This document shows positions 11,884 to 21,382 of a stretch of DNA of 64,000 nucleotides, in pieces. The notes under the pieces are model-generated. The model had not been told where the DNA came from, searched no databases, and worked only from the letters and a program-made list of their open reading frames with translations. The DNA comes from an uncultured Solirubrobacterales bacterium. Lineage in GTDB: Bacteria > Actinomycetota > Thermoleophilia > Solirubrobacterales > 70-9. The DNA is taken from positions 1,627,267 to 1,691,266 of the forward strand of contig OY968772.1 of the NCBI GenBank assembly GCA_963695275.1, in the 5' to 3' direction. Made by a program: the position numbers and the translations under genes. Numbering within the stretch: position 1 is the first letter of the stretch; every line of letters starts with the position of its first letter.

Positions 11884-13335
11884 CTAGGCGGCGCGGTCGC
11901 GCACGCGCATCCGCAGGCCCCCGACCGGCGAGAGCGTCGGCATCTGGCGGATCGTCATCGTGCGGCCGGGGAGGGCGTCGAGGCGCAGGCGCGAGAGCAG
12001 CATCGTCGCCACCAGCTTCACCTCGGTCTGGCCGAAGCGCTTGCCGATGCAGATGCGGGAACCGCCGCCGAAGGGGACGTAGGCGCCACGCGGCAGCGCC
12101 GCCTTGCGCTCGCGGGTGAAGCGCTCAGGGACGAAAGCCTCAGGATCCGGGAAGACCTCGGGGATGCGGTGGCTGGCCCAGGAGCAGTAGTTGACGTAGG
12201 CGTCCCTGGGCACCGTGTAGCCGCCGAACTCGAACTCGCGGACGGCGCGGCGCGGGCCGATCCAGGCCGGCGGGTAGAGCCGCAGCACCTCGTCGAGCAC
12301 CATGTCGAGGTAGGGCATCTCCTTTTCGAGCTGGTCGACGCTGGGCGTCGCCCCGCCCAGCACCTGCTCCTGCTCCTCGTGCAGCCTGGCCAGCGCCTCC
12401 GGGTGGCGCGCCAGCTCGTGCAGCATGAAGGTCAGGGTCGAGGTCGAGGTGTCGTGGCCGGCGAACATCAGAGTCATCACCTGATCGCGGATCTCGCGGT
12501 CGCTGAACGCCTCTCCCCCCTCACCGCGAGCGCCGACAAGAAGGCTGAGGATGTCCTGGCGGCCGGAGTCGGGATTGGCGCGGCGGCGGGAGATCTCGCC
12601 GAAGACGATCTCATCGAGGACCACCCGCGAGGAGGTCATCCTGCGCCAGGGCGAGCCGGGCCCGCGCAGGAGCCGCAGCTGGAAGTCGATCCCGTAGTAG
12701 CCGAGGGCGCGCTCGAAGTGCTCGGCCGCGGCGGCGCCTTTGCCGGCCTCGTCGGGGTCGAGCCCGAGCAGCGCCCGCATCGCGATCCGCATCGCCAGGT
12801 TGCGCATCCAGTCGTAGACGTCGGCCGTCCGACCCGGCGCCAGCTGCGAGATCGCCAGCTCGGTCTCGGTCGCCATCGCCGCCACCGCGGCGGCGATCTG
12901 CTCGCGGTGGAAGGCCGGCATCATGATCGCCCGGGCGCGGTCGTGGTAGTCGTCGTCGACCGTCAGCAGCCCATCGCCAAGCAGCGGGATCAGGTCGCCG
13001 AAGCTCGACTCGCGCCAGTGGAAATTCTCCGGGTGGCCGACGGTGACGAAGTGGTTGGCCTCGGGACCGAGCATGAAGATGACCCGCGAGTGCAGCAGCC
13101 GCATGCTGAAGATCGGCCCATGCTCTTCGTAGGCGCCGAGCAGCAGCGGCAGTGGGTCGTGGGCGATCTGGTGGGTGCGGACGAGGCTGAAGTCGGCCGG
13201 CCCGGGCGGGAACTTGCCCCGCTCCCGCCACTCCTCGTAGATGTCCGCAGCCACCCGGCGCAACGGGTTGGCGGACATCTGTGGCGGCCGTGCAACCGGG
13301 GCCGAGGTGTCGACGGTGGCCATCGCGCCGATCAT
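11884..13335 (-). CDS. Cytochrome P450
   Basis: Heme loop 'FGGGSRICIGKRFG', I-helix 'AGHDTST' and ExxR 'EVLR'. Start trimmed to ATG 13335 (or 13323), downstream of the rlmN stop. Confidence 0.9.
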   Translation of the reverse strand: MIGAMATVDTSAPVARPPQMSANPLRRVAADIYEEWRERGKFPPGPADFSLVRTHQIAHDPLPLLLGAYEEHGPIFSMRLLHSRVIFMLGPEANHFVTVGHPENFHWRESSFGDLIPLLGDGLLTVDDDYHDRARAIMMPAFHREQIAAAVAAMATETELAISQLAPGRTADVYDWMRNLAMRIAMRALLGLDPDEAGKGAAAAEHFERALGYYGIDFQLRLLRGPGSPWRRMTSSRVVLDEIVFGEISRRRANPDSGRQDILSLLVGARGEGGEAFSDREIRDQVMTLMFAGHDTSTSTLTFMLHELARHPEALARLHEEQEQVLGGATPSVDQLEKEMPYLDMVLDEVLRLYPPAWIGPRRAVREFEFGGYTVPRDAYVNYCSWASHRIPEVFPDPEAFVPERFTRERKAALPRGAYVPFGGGSRICIGKRFGQTEVKLVATMLLSRLRLDALPGRTMTIRQMPTLSPVGGLRMRVRDRAA

Positions 13336-13360
13336 AACTGGCTGCCCAGCCAGTTTTATC

Positions 13361-14341
13361 TCAGGCGGCGGTGGCGGCGAGCTGGCCGCAGGCGGCGGCA
13401 ATGTCCTGGCCGCGGGTGAGGCGGACGGTGGCGGTGAGGCGGTGCTCGGCGAGAATCGCGCGGAAGCGCTCGATCCGCTCTGGCGAGGAACCGTCGTAGG
13501 TCCCGGTCGGGTTGTACGGGATCAGGTTGACCTTGTAGACGCGGGGGTCGAGCAGGGCGGCCAGTTCGCGGGCGTGCCCGGGCAGGTCGTTGACGCCGTC
13601 GAGCATCACGTACTCGACGAAGATCTTGCGGCGGCGCTTGGCGCGGTAGCGGTCGCAGGCAGCCAGCACCTCGGCCAGCGGGTAGCGGTCGTTGACCGGC
13701 ATCAGCTGCGAGCGCAACTCGTCATTGGGCGCGTGCAGGGAGAGCGCCAGGGCAACCGGCATCTCGCACTCGGCGAGGCGATCGATCCCCGGCACCCAGC
13801 CGACGGTCGAGATCGCGGTGCGGCGATTGGTGACGCCGAGGTCGGGCAGCCGTTCGCAGGCGGCCAGCACGTTGTCGACGTTCATCGTCGGCTCCCCCAT
13901 CCCCATGAAGACGACGTGGTCGATCTCCTCGAGGCGGCGGAAGTGCAGCGCCTGGTCGAGGATCTCGTCGGCGCTGAGGTTGCGGGCGAACTTCATCTGG
14001 CCGGTGGCGCAGAAGGTGCAGGTCAGCGGGCAGCCCGACTGCGAGGAGACGCAAACCGAGCGGCGGCCGTCGCGGTAGCGCATCAGCACCGCCTCGATCG
14101 CGCGGCCGTCGGCCGTGTGGAAGAGCGACTTGATGGTGCCGTCGTCGGACTTCGCCTCCGCCTGCAGGGAGAGCGTCGAGAGCGGCACCGCGAGCTCGAG
14201 CCGGTCACGCAGCGTCCCCGGCAGGTTGGTCATCTCCCCATAGGAGGAGACGCCGCGCGCGACCCACTCCCAGACCTGGGCGGCGCGGTAGGCGGGCTCG
14301 CCGGCGTCGGCGAGGGTGCTGGCGAGCAGGGCGCGGTCCAT
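13361..14341 (-). CDS. rlmN: 23S rRNA/tRNA (adenine-C2)-methyltransferase RlmN (radical SAM)
   Basis: 'CPLTCTFCATGQ' is the CxxxCxxC cluster. 'MGMGEP' and the C-terminal 'AACGQL' Cys are also present. Confidence 0.9.
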   Translation of the reverse strand: MDRALLASTLADAGEPAYRAAQVWEWVARGVSSYGEMTNLPGTLRDRLELAVPLSTLSLQAEAKSDDGTIKSLFHTADGRAIEAVLMRYRDGRRSVCVSSQSGCPLTCTFCATGQMKFARNLSADEILDQALHFRRLEEIDHVVFMGMGEPTMNVDNVLAACERLPDLGVTNRRTAISTVGWVPGIDRLAECEMPVALALSLHAPNDELRSQLMPVNDRYPLAEVLAACDRYRAKRRRKIFVEYVMLDGVNDLPGHARELAALLDPRVYKVNLIPYNPTGTYDGSSPERIERFRAILAEHRLTATVRLTRGQDIAAACGQLAATAA

Positions 14342-14361
14342 CGGGCGAGTGTACGGAGCGC

Positions 14362-14937
14362 CTACTGGTGGATCTTCTCGCCGCGTTCCAGCATGGCGAC
14401 GAACTTGTGCAGGCGCCGCTCCCGGGTCTCCGGCTTTTTCGCGTCGTTGAGCCGATAGACGATCGCGTAGCGATTGGCGCCGTCGAGGGTGGCAAAGAAC
14501 TCGCGGGCGGCCTCGTTGTCATCGAGCTCGCGCTGCAGGTCGTCGGGAACTTTCGCCGTGCGCTGGCCCTCGTAGGCGGCCTCCCAGCGGCCGTCGGCTT
14601 TGGCGGCTTCGACCTCGACCAGCCCGGCCGGGCGCATCGCCCCACCGGCGATCAACTCTTCGGCCTTGTCGCGATTGATCCGCGACCAGCGCCCGCGCGG
14701 CCGCCGCGGCGTGAACCGCTGCAGGAAGAACTTCTCGTCGTGGCCGCGCTTCTGGCTGTCGATCCAGCCGAAGCAGAGCGCCAGCTCCAGCGCCTCCGCA
14801 TAGGTGACGCTCCGCTCCCCCGACCCTTTCTTGGCGACCTTCAGCCAGAAGCCGTCAGGCCGCTCATGGTTCTCCTCGAGCCACGCCTCGAGCTCGGGCG
14901 GAGCGGCGAAGAGGAGGATCGGGAGGTCGTCGGGCAC
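14362..14937 (-). CDS. YdeI/OmpD-associated family protein
   Basis: 'FWLKVAKKGSG..SVTYAEALELALCFGWIDSQKR' matches the YdeI family pattern. Confidence 0.75.
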   Translation of the reverse strand: MPDDLPILLFAAPPELEAWLEENHERPDGFWLKVAKKGSGERSVTYAEALELALCFGWIDSQKRGHDEKFFLQRFTPRRPRGRWSRINRDKAEELIAGGAMRPAGLVEVEAAKADGRWEAAYEGQRTAKVPDDLQRELDDNEAAREFFATLDGANRYAIVYRLNDAKKPETRERRLHKFVAMLERGEKIHQ

Positions 14938-14967
14938 GGCTTGATTCTCACGCAGACCGCGGGGCTC

Positions 14968-15813
14968 TCAATTGCCCAGGGCGTCCGCCAGCAAATCGAC
15001 CTGGGCCGGATCGCTGGAGGAGGGGCAGAAGATCAGCTCTCCGCAGCCAGCGTCGGCGAAAGCGGAGACGTACTGGCGCACGGTCTCGGCGTCCTTGGCG
15101 GCGCTGCCGACGATGTAGGCGGCGATCTCCTTGCCGAGCCAGGCGTAGTAGTCGCCCAGGCCGGCTTCTGCATCCGCCTCGGCGTCGTCGCCGAGCGCGA
15201 AGTAGGCGAGGCCCATCAGTCGCGGCACACCGTCGCGGCCGGCCTGCGACCACGCCGCCTTCGCCTTCGCGGCCAACGGGGCGTACTGATCGGGGGGTGA
15301 GCCGCCGGCGATCCAGCCCTCGCCGAAGCGGGCAGCGCGCTCGAACGAGGCCTCGACGCCGCCGCCGACGACGAGCCGCGGGGCGCCCTCCCGCCCCGGT
15401 CCGACCTCCTCGCCGGCCCAGACCTCCTGCATCCTCTCCAGCATCGCATCGAGCTTCTTGCCCCGGTCGCCCGTCGCGATGCCGCTGACCTCATAGTCGT
15501 CTTCGCGCCCGCCGAGCCCGATTCCCAGCGTCAACCGACCGCCCGAGAGCGCGTTCAGGCTCAGCGCCTGCTTCGCCAGCGCGACCGGATTGGCGCGCAA
15601 CGGTCCGAGCAGGACCGAGGTGCAGAGGCCGATTCGCTCGGTCACGGCGGCGGCGCCGGCAAGCGCGATCAGCGGCTCGTAGCTGTCATAGGCGACGCGA
15701 TCGATCGTGCCCAGGCTGGAGAAACCGCGGCCGTCGGCCCGGCGCGCCCACTCGATCAGCTCCGCCCCGCTGGTGCCCGCCACTGCGTTGGGAAGTCCGA
15801 TGCCAACGTCCAC
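14968..15813 (-). CDS. LLM-class (luciferase-like) F420-dependent oxidoreductase
   Basis: TIM-barrel LLM pattern 'VGIGLPN..', 'RLTLGIGLGGRE'. Start set at GTG 15813, preceded by GAGGAGG. The listed 364-aa ORF has an Arg-rich non-coding-looking extension that would overlap the TetR gene. Confidence 0.8.
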   Translation of the reverse strand: MDVGIGLPNAVAGTSGAELIEWARRADGRGFSSLGTIDRVAYDSYEPLIALAGAAAVTERIGLCTSVLLGPLRANPVALAKQALSLNALSGGRLTLGIGLGGREDDYEVSGIATGDRGKKLDAMLERMQEVWAGEEVGPGREGAPRLVVGGGVEASFERAARFGEGWIAGGSPPDQYAPLAAKAKAAWSQAGRDGVPRLMGLAYFALGDDAEADAEAGLGDYYAWLGKEIAAYIVGSAAKDAETVRQYVSAFADAGCGELIFCPSSSDPAQVDLLADALGN

Positions 15814-15878
15814 GTCTGTCCTCCTCGAAGTCGGTGTAGAACGACCGTAGCCAACGCCGTCCGTCGGCTCCTGACCGC

Positions 15879-16451
15879 CTACCCCGGCAGCTCGGCTTCC
15901 AGTCGCTCGAGGGCGCCGCGGGCGTAGTCGAAGACCTTGGCGTCGCCGCTGAGGCGGTAGCGGGAGTTGGCGCCCATGATCACCGCGTAGAGCTCGAAGG
16001 CGAAGCGCTCGGGCTGCTCGACGCCGGCGACACGGGCCTGGCGCTCGAGCTCGGCGAGCCAAGTGTCGAGAGCGCCGGCGATGGCGTCGCGGACGGGGCC
16101 GGGACGGTCGTCGTACTCGGCCGAGGTGGCTCCCCAGAAGCAGCCGCCGGAATAAAGGTCGAGGTGGTCCAGATAGCGCTCACCCATCGCCCGCAGGCGC
16201 GGCGCGCCCTCGGGGGCATTCAGCGCCGGCTCGATCACGGCGGCGCGAAAGCGCTCGGCGGCGGCTTCGATCGTCGCCAGCTGCAGCTCCTGCTTGGAGC
16301 CGAAGTGGGCGAAGAGGCCGCTCTTGCTCATCCGCAGCTCGGCGGCGAGGCGGCCGATCGTCAGCCCCTCCAGGCCCTCGACCGAGGCGAGGTCGACGGC
16401 GCGGTCGAGGATCGCGGTGCGGGTCTGGGCACCCTTGGTGGCGACGGTCAT
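15879..16451 (-). CDS. TetR-family transcriptional regulator
   Basis: HTH 'LEGLTIGRLAAELRMSKSGLFAHFGSKQELQ'. Confidence 0.85.
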   Translation of the reverse strand: MTVATKGAQTRTAILDRAVDLASVEGLEGLTIGRLAAELRMSKSGLFAHFGSKQELQLATIEAAAERFRAAVIEPALNAPEGAPRLRAMGERYLDHLDLYSGGCFWGATSAEYDDRPGPVRDAIAGALDTWLAELERQARVAGVEQPERFAFELYAVIMGANSRYRLSGDAKVFDYARGALERLEAELPG

Positions 16452-16470
16452 CTCCTCCAGGCTACAAAAA

Positions 16471-16486
16471 GCACGAACGTTCGTGC
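16471..16486. promoter_or_regulatory. Perfect 16-nt palindrome GCACGAACGTTCGTGC, probable TetR operator
   Basis: Read directly from the sequence. It sits in the 91-nt divergent intergenic region between the TetR gene (start 16451) and the cupin gene (start 16543). Confidence 0.55.
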
Positions 16487-16542
16487 AAATCGCTTAGGAT
16501 GCCGCCGCAGCCCAGACAGGGACAGAACGAGGAGGAGGAACC

Positions 16543-16938
16543 ATGAGCAGCTACGCGGTGAAGAACATCGACGAGATGGAGGCTGTCTTCCGCGGCGCCT
16601 TCAAGCGCGCCCGGGCCGAGCTCGGGGTCGAGTCGTTCGGCATGCAGGTGATCGACATGCCGGCCAACTACGAGAACTACCCCGAACACGACCACACCCA
16701 TGACAACCAGGAGGAGGTCTTCCTGGTCATGCGCGGCGGCGGCGAGATCGAGATCGAGGGTGAGCGCTTCCCGCTCGACGACAACCACGTCGCCCGGGTC
16801 GGTCCGGAGACGAAACGCAAGATCTGGCCAGGACCGGAGGGAATTCGCCTGGTGGTCCTCGGCGGAACTCCGGGCGAGTCCTACGAAGCTCCTGACATCA
16901 CCAAGCTGGGCGAGCCCGACCCGATGGCGGCGAGCTAG
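16543..16938 (+). CDS. Cupin-domain protein
   Basis: Cupin motifs 'HDHTHDNQEEVFLVMRGGGE' and 'ARVGPETKRKI'. Strong RBS GGAGGAGG upstream. Confidence 0.75.
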   Translation: MSSYAVKNIDEMEAVFRGAFKRARAELGVESFGMQVIDMPANYENYPEHDHTHDNQEEVFLVMRGGGEIEIEGERFPLDDNHVARVGPETKRKIWPGPEGIRLVVLGGTPGESYEAPDITKLGEPDPMAAS

Positions 16939-16960
16939 GAACGTCCCATAGGCTGCGCGG

Positions 16961-17863
16961 GTGCTTCGACGCTTTTCGTCCGCAGCGGCGCTCCTGGCAG
17001 TAATGGCGCTCGCCGCCCCGGTGGTGGCGAGCGCCGCGAGTACCCACGCCGAGACCGAAAGCGCGATCGTCGTCGTCTCCGGCGACGTCACCGTCGCCCA
17101 CGGCCAGACCGTCGACGGCGTCTTCGTCGTCAACGGCGACACCACGATCGCGGGCGAAGTGGCCGGCGACGTGGTCGTCCTCAGCGGCGACGTCCTCGTC
17201 TCCGGCCGGATCGACGGCGACCTCTTCACCGCCGGCGGTGAAGCCCGCCTGCTGCCGAGCGCCGAAGTGACCGGCGATGTCGGCTACGGCGACGAGCATC
17301 CGCGGGTCGCGCTCGACGCCCGCGTCCACGGCGACGTCAGCAAGCAGGACTGGCCCGACGTCGGCGGCGTCGTCTCCGGAATCGGCGAGTTCGTGATCTG
17401 GCTCGCGATCACCCTCTCGCTGCTGGTCTTCGGCGCCCTGCTGCTACTGATCGCCCCGCGTGCCGCCGACGCGCTCGAGGCCCGCTCGCGCGAGCGGCTG
17501 GGACCGACGATCGCGATCGGCATCGCGATCGCGATCGTGCTGCCGGTGGTCGCCTTCATCGCCGCGATCACCCTCGTCGGCCTGCCCCTGGCGATCGGCC
17601 TCGGGCTCCTGCTGGCGCCGCTCGGGACCACCGCCTACCTCGTCGCGGCCTACGCACTGGGACGGCGGATGGTCGAGCCGCCCCGCCACCGCATGCTCTC
17701 CTTCCTCGCCGGGCTCGGCGCCCTCCGCGTCGCCGCCTACGTGCCCGTCCTCGGCACCGTCGTCGGCATCGCCGCCCTGCTCTTCGGCCTCGGCCTGATC
17801 GGCGCCGCTATCGGGGCGGCGCGGGATCCGGATCCCGACCCGGCTCGAATCCCGGGCAGCTGA
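16961..17863 (+). CDS. Membrane protein with bactofilin-like (polymer-forming, beta-helical repeat) N-domain and 4 TM C-domain
   Basis: Signal peptide, then repeated 'GDVxVxxGxxVxG' units, then hydrophobic helices. Confidence 0.55.
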   Translation: MLRRFSSAAALLAVMALAAPVVASAASTHAETESAIVVVSGDVTVAHGQTVDGVFVVNGDTTIAGEVAGDVVVLSGDVLVSGRIDGDLFTAGGEARLLPSAEVTGDVGYGDEHPRVALDARVHGDVSKQDWPDVGGVVSGIGEFVIWLAITLSLLVFGALLLLIAPRAADALEARSRERLGPTIAIGIAIAIVLPVVAFIAAITLVGLPLAIGLGLLLAPLGTTAYLVAAYALGRRMVEPPRHRMLSFLAGLGALRVAAYVPVLGTVVGIAALLFGLGLIGAAIGAARDPDPDPARIPGS

Positions 17864-18011
17864 GCACCGGGATCGGCGGGTAGCGCCGGTAGGAGGGGTC
17901 GGTCCGGGAGCGCTCGCAGAGCGAGAAGACCGAGCCGCGGGTGTTGGGGACAAGCCGCTGATGGCGACAGCTGTCGCAGAGTCCGGCCGACGGCCTAGTG
18001 GCGCTCGGCAT
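17808..18011 (-). CDS. Small conserved-looking Cys-rich protein (CxxC...C...C)
   Basis: 'LCDSCRHQRLVPNTRGSVFSLCERS..YRRYPPIPVLSCPGFE' resembles a small actinobacterial family I have seen but cannot name. The 3' end overlaps the convergent gene by 56 nt. Confidence 0.4.
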   Translation of the reverse strand: MPSATRPSAGLCDSCRHQRLVPNTRGSVFSLCERSRTDPSYRRYPPIPVLSCPGFEPGRDPDPAPPR

Positions 18012-18456
18012 TGCGCTTGACGCCGGTGAGGATGCGGCGGGTGGCGAGCACGTGCATGCGGGTGCCGATCACCAGGCCCTTGTAGACGGCGCCCTTGAGA
18101 TGGGGAAACTCGGCCCGGGTCGCGGCCCGCACCCGGGTGCGCCCGCCGTCCAGCTCCTCGAGCCGGAAGATCAGGGCGTAGTCGGAGAAGCGGTGATTGC
18201 CGGCCAGGCCCAGCTCGGCGGGCCGCTCGGCCGTGGCGACGTGGAACCCCGGGAGGGCGGAGCCAACGGCCAGCGGTCGCGGCCCGGCGGCCTCGGTATC
18301 GGCGCAGCCGAGGACGCGGGCGAAGCGCGGGGCACCGGCGGCGGAGACCGTGCCCTCGACCACCCGCAGCAGCGCCGTCCAGGTCGCGTCGCGGCCAGCC
18401 TCGACGACCAGCGCGTGCTCGTCGATGTGCGGCAGCCGCTCGGGGGAAGCGCTCAC
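17995..18456 (-). CDS. SRPBCC (START/polyketide-cyclase-like) superfamily protein
   Basis: Size and pattern 'HALVVEAGRDATWTALL...' fit the superfamily. The assignment is weak. Confidence 0.5.
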   Translation of the reverse strand: MSASPERLPHIDEHALVVEAGRDATWTALLRVVEGTVSAAGAPRFARVLGCADTEAAGPRPLAVGSALPGFHVATAERPAELGLAGNHRFSDYALIFRLEELDGGRTRVRAATRAEFPHLKGAVYKGLVIGTRMHVLATRRILTGVKRNAERH

Positions 18457-18521
18457 GCGACCATGCTATTTGCGGTGTGATCCTGGCCGGGTCCCGCCTT
18501 GCTTACGGCTAGCTTTGAGCT

Positions 18522-20642
18522 GTGAACATGGCGACCCTCTTCGACGCCGACGCGGCCGCCTACACGGGCACGGTCGAGGTGGTCGGCGTCATCTTCCGCG
18601 CCGAGGACGATGGCTACGCGGTGCTCGAGGTCCGCGACGCGGAATCGGGTGAAGGCTTCGCACTGGTCGGGCCCGTCGCCCACCTCGGCGAGGGCGACCG
18701 GGCCGAAGTCAGCGGCGACTGGCAGACCCACAACCGCTACGGGCGCCAGCTGCGAGCCCAGGGGGCGCTGCCGCTCGACCCCGCCGACCGTGAGGGCCAG
18801 GTCGCCTACCTGACCTCGCTGCGCCATATCGGCCCGGCCCGAGCCGAACGCCTGGTCGACGAGCACGGCGAGGGCGTGCTGGCGGCGATCGCCGCCGACC
18901 CGCTGCGCGTCTTCGGCTCCTTGCGCGGGGTCAGTGAAAGCCAGGCCGCGGCGGCGGCCGACTCCTGGCACGCCAGTCGCGCCGTCCGCGACCTCCACGT
19001 CCAGCTCGCTCCGCACGGCCTCGCCCACCTTGCGGCGCCGATCCACGCTCGCTACGGCGAGCGCTCGATGACGGTCCTGCACGAGGACCCCTACCGGCTG
19101 ACCGAGGTCGAGGGCGTCGGCTTCGCCCGCGCCGACAAGATCGCGCTCGCCGCCGACGTCCCGCCCGAGTCCAGCCGCCGCGCCCAGGCCGCCGCCGTCT
19201 TCGCCCTCGCCGAGGCCGAGCAGCAGGGCAACAGCTACCTGCCGCTGGACGAGCTGACCCGGCGCACCGGCCGCCTGATCGGACTGGCGGCCGACCCCGA
19301 CGTGCTGGCGGCGGCGGCGGGGCTGCTGATCGACGAAGGCCGCGTCTACCGCGAGCTGACCCACGCCAGTGAGCTGGCCGTGGCGGCGACGCTGCGCGCC
19401 CGCGTCGGCGCCCCTCCCCACCTCATCCACGATCCCGGCAATACCCCGCGCGAGCAGCTGACCGACGAGCAGTGGGCGGCCGTACGAGGAGCGTTTGCCT
19501 CGCGGGTCTCCGTCCTCACCGGCGGCCCCGGCGTCGGCAAGACGGTCTGCACGAGGGAGATCGTCGCCGAGGCGGAAGCGGCCAACGCCAAGATCGCCCT
19601 CTGTGCCCCGACCGGGCGCGCCGCCAGGCGCCTCGAGGAAGCGACCGGGCACGAGGCGCAGACCATCCACCGCATGCTCGAGTGGATGCCCGGCCGCGAG
19701 CCGGCCTTCCGGTCCGGGCACCCGCTGCCGGTCGACCTGATCATCGTCGACGAGTCCTCGATGCTGAACCTGCGCCTGGCCGAGGTGCTGCTGGCCGGGC
19801 TGGCCGAGACCACCCACATCGTCCTCGTCGGCGACGCCGACCAACTGCCGCCGATCGGCGCCGGCAAGCCGTTCGAGGACCTGATCGCCTCCGAGGCGGC
19901 GCCGGTGGTGCGGCTGAGCCAGATCTTCCGCCAGGCGGCGCGCTCGATGATCACCACCGCCGCCCACGAGATCAACCACGGGCGACCGCCGCACCTGCAG
20001 CCGACCGAGGACCAGGACCACGACTTCTTCTTCATCGACCGACCCAGCCCCGAGCGGGCGCTGGAGACGGTGGTCGAGGTCGTTGCCGACCGCGCCCCAG
20101 CGCGCTTCGAGGTCGACCCGATCCGCGACGTCCAGGTGCTGGCGCCGATGTACAAAGGCGCGGTCGGGATCGACGCTCTCAACGAGCGCCTGCAGGCCCG
20201 CCTCAACGGCGACGGCAAGCGCGCCCTCAACGACCGCTTCCGGATCGGCGACCGCCTGATCCAGACCCGCAACTCGCACGAGCTCGGGCTGATGAACGGC
20301 TCGATCGTCTTCCTCCGCGCCGACGACCCCGACGAAGAGGCGATCGTCGTCGACACCGACGAGGGCGGCACCTTGACGATCCCCTACGGCGAAACCGCGA
20401 CCCTGAAGCTGGCCTACGCGATCTCGGTCCACAAGGCCCAGGGCTGCGAGGTGCCGGTGGTGGTCGGCGTCTGCCACCGCTCGCACTCGCGGATGCTGAC
20501 CCGCCCCCTGCTCTACACGGCGATCACCCGCGCCCGCAACAGCTGCGTGCTGGTCGGCGACCCGGGAGCGCTGGAGGCGGCGGTGCGGCGCGACGACAGT
20601 GGCGGCCGCCACTCCGGCCTGGCCGAGCGCCTGCGCCTCTAG
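18522..20642 (+). CDS. recD2: ATP-dependent RecD-like DNA helicase (RecD2, SF1B)
   Basis: Walker A 'GGPGVGKT', Walker B 'LIIVDESSML', 'LVGDADQLPPIG', 'SVHKAQGCE' and an N-terminal OB/HhH region. Confidence 0.9.
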   Translation: MNMATLFDADAAAYTGTVEVVGVIFRAEDDGYAVLEVRDAESGEGFALVGPVAHLGEGDRAEVSGDWQTHNRYGRQLRAQGALPLDPADREGQVAYLTSLRHIGPARAERLVDEHGEGVLAAIAADPLRVFGSLRGVSESQAAAAADSWHASRAVRDLHVQLAPHGLAHLAAPIHARYGERSMTVLHEDPYRLTEVEGVGFARADKIALAADVPPESSRRAQAAAVFALAEAEQQGNSYLPLDELTRRTGRLIGLAADPDVLAAAAGLLIDEGRVYRELTHASELAVAATLRARVGAPPHLIHDPGNTPREQLTDEQWAAVRGAFASRVSVLTGGPGVGKTVCTREIVAEAEAANAKIALCAPTGRAARRLEEATGHEAQTIHRMLEWMPGREPAFRSGHPLPVDLIIVDESSMLNLRLAEVLLAGLAETTHIVLVGDADQLPPIGAGKPFEDLIASEAAPVVRLSQIFRQAARSMITTAAHEINHGRPPHLQPTEDQDHDFFFIDRPSPERALETVVEVVADRAPARFEVDPIRDVQVLAPMYKGAVGIDALNERLQARLNGDGKRALNDRFRIGDRLIQTRNSHELGLMNGSIVFLRADDPDEEAIVVDTDEGGTLTIPYGETATLKLAYAISVHKAQGCEVPVVVGVCHRSHSRMLTRPLLYTAITRARNSCVLVGDPGALEAAVRRDDSGGRHSGLAERLRL

Positions 20643-20664
20643 AGCCGAACGGGATACTGCGGCG

Positions 20665-21363
20665 GTGAAGGAGGACGCGAAGCCACGCCTGCCGCTCGTC
20701 GAGATCGGGCTCACCGTCGCCGGGGTAGCGCTGCTGGCACTCCTGGTTCTGGCGGTCCCCGCCCTGCGCGACGCCTTCAGCGCCGCGATCCACGGCGACC
20801 AGACCGCGGTCCGCAACGAGATCGACAGCCTCGGCGCCTGGGGACCGCTGCTGATCCTCGGCCTCACCCTGATCCACGCGGTCGTCTTCTACCCGGCCGA
20901 GATCGTCGATGCCGCTGCCGGCTTCGCCTACGGCTTCTTCCCCGCCCTGGCGCTGGTCATGACCGGCTGGATGCTCTCGGCCCTGCTCTGCTTCGCAGTC
21001 GGCCGCTCGGTGGCGCGGCCGCTGCTCGACCGCTGGGTCGGTGAAGAGCGCTTCGAGCGCATCGAGGGCGCGATCGAGCGCGGCGGGCCGACCCTGCTGA
21101 TCGGGATGCGCCTGGTCCCGATCTTCCCCTTCAGCATCGTCTGCTACGCCGCCGGCGCCGCCCGGGTCCCGCTCTGGCGCTACCTCTGGACCACCGCGGT
21201 CGGCTACCTGCCGATCACCGCGATCTCGGTCTACTTCGGCACCCGCCTCGAGAGCCTCTCGCTGACCGACCCGCTGGTCATCGGCACCGCCGCCGGGCTG
21301 CTGGCGCTGCTGCTGGGTGGGCGCTGGGTGATGCGGCGGCAGTCGGCGCGCGCCGCGCCCTAG
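20665..21363 (+). CDS. TVP38/TMEM64 (DedA-related) family membrane protein
   Basis: 'GMRLVPIFPFSIVCYAAGA' is the family signature. Start trimmed to GTG 20665, after the recD2 stop. Confidence 0.8.
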   Translation: MKEDAKPRLPLVEIGLTVAGVALLALLVLAVPALRDAFSAAIHGDQTAVRNEIDSLGAWGPLLILGLTLIHAVVFYPAEIVDAAAGFAYGFFPALALVMTGWMLSALLCFAVGRSVARPLLDRWVGEERFERIEGAIERGGPTLLIGMRLVPIFPFSIVCYAAGAARVPLWRYLWTTAVGYLPITAISVYFGTRLESLSLTDPLVIGTAAGLLALLLGGRWVMRRQSARAAP

Positions 21364-21382
21364 CCTCTAGAACCTCCCGGCC

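Noticed and set aside
18453-20867. 804-aa ORF on the minus strand across the recD2 locus
   Set aside because: It is antisense to a gene with clear helicase motifs. Its translation is Arg/Gly/Ala/Val/Asp-rich with no motifs, the typical high-GC shadow ORF.
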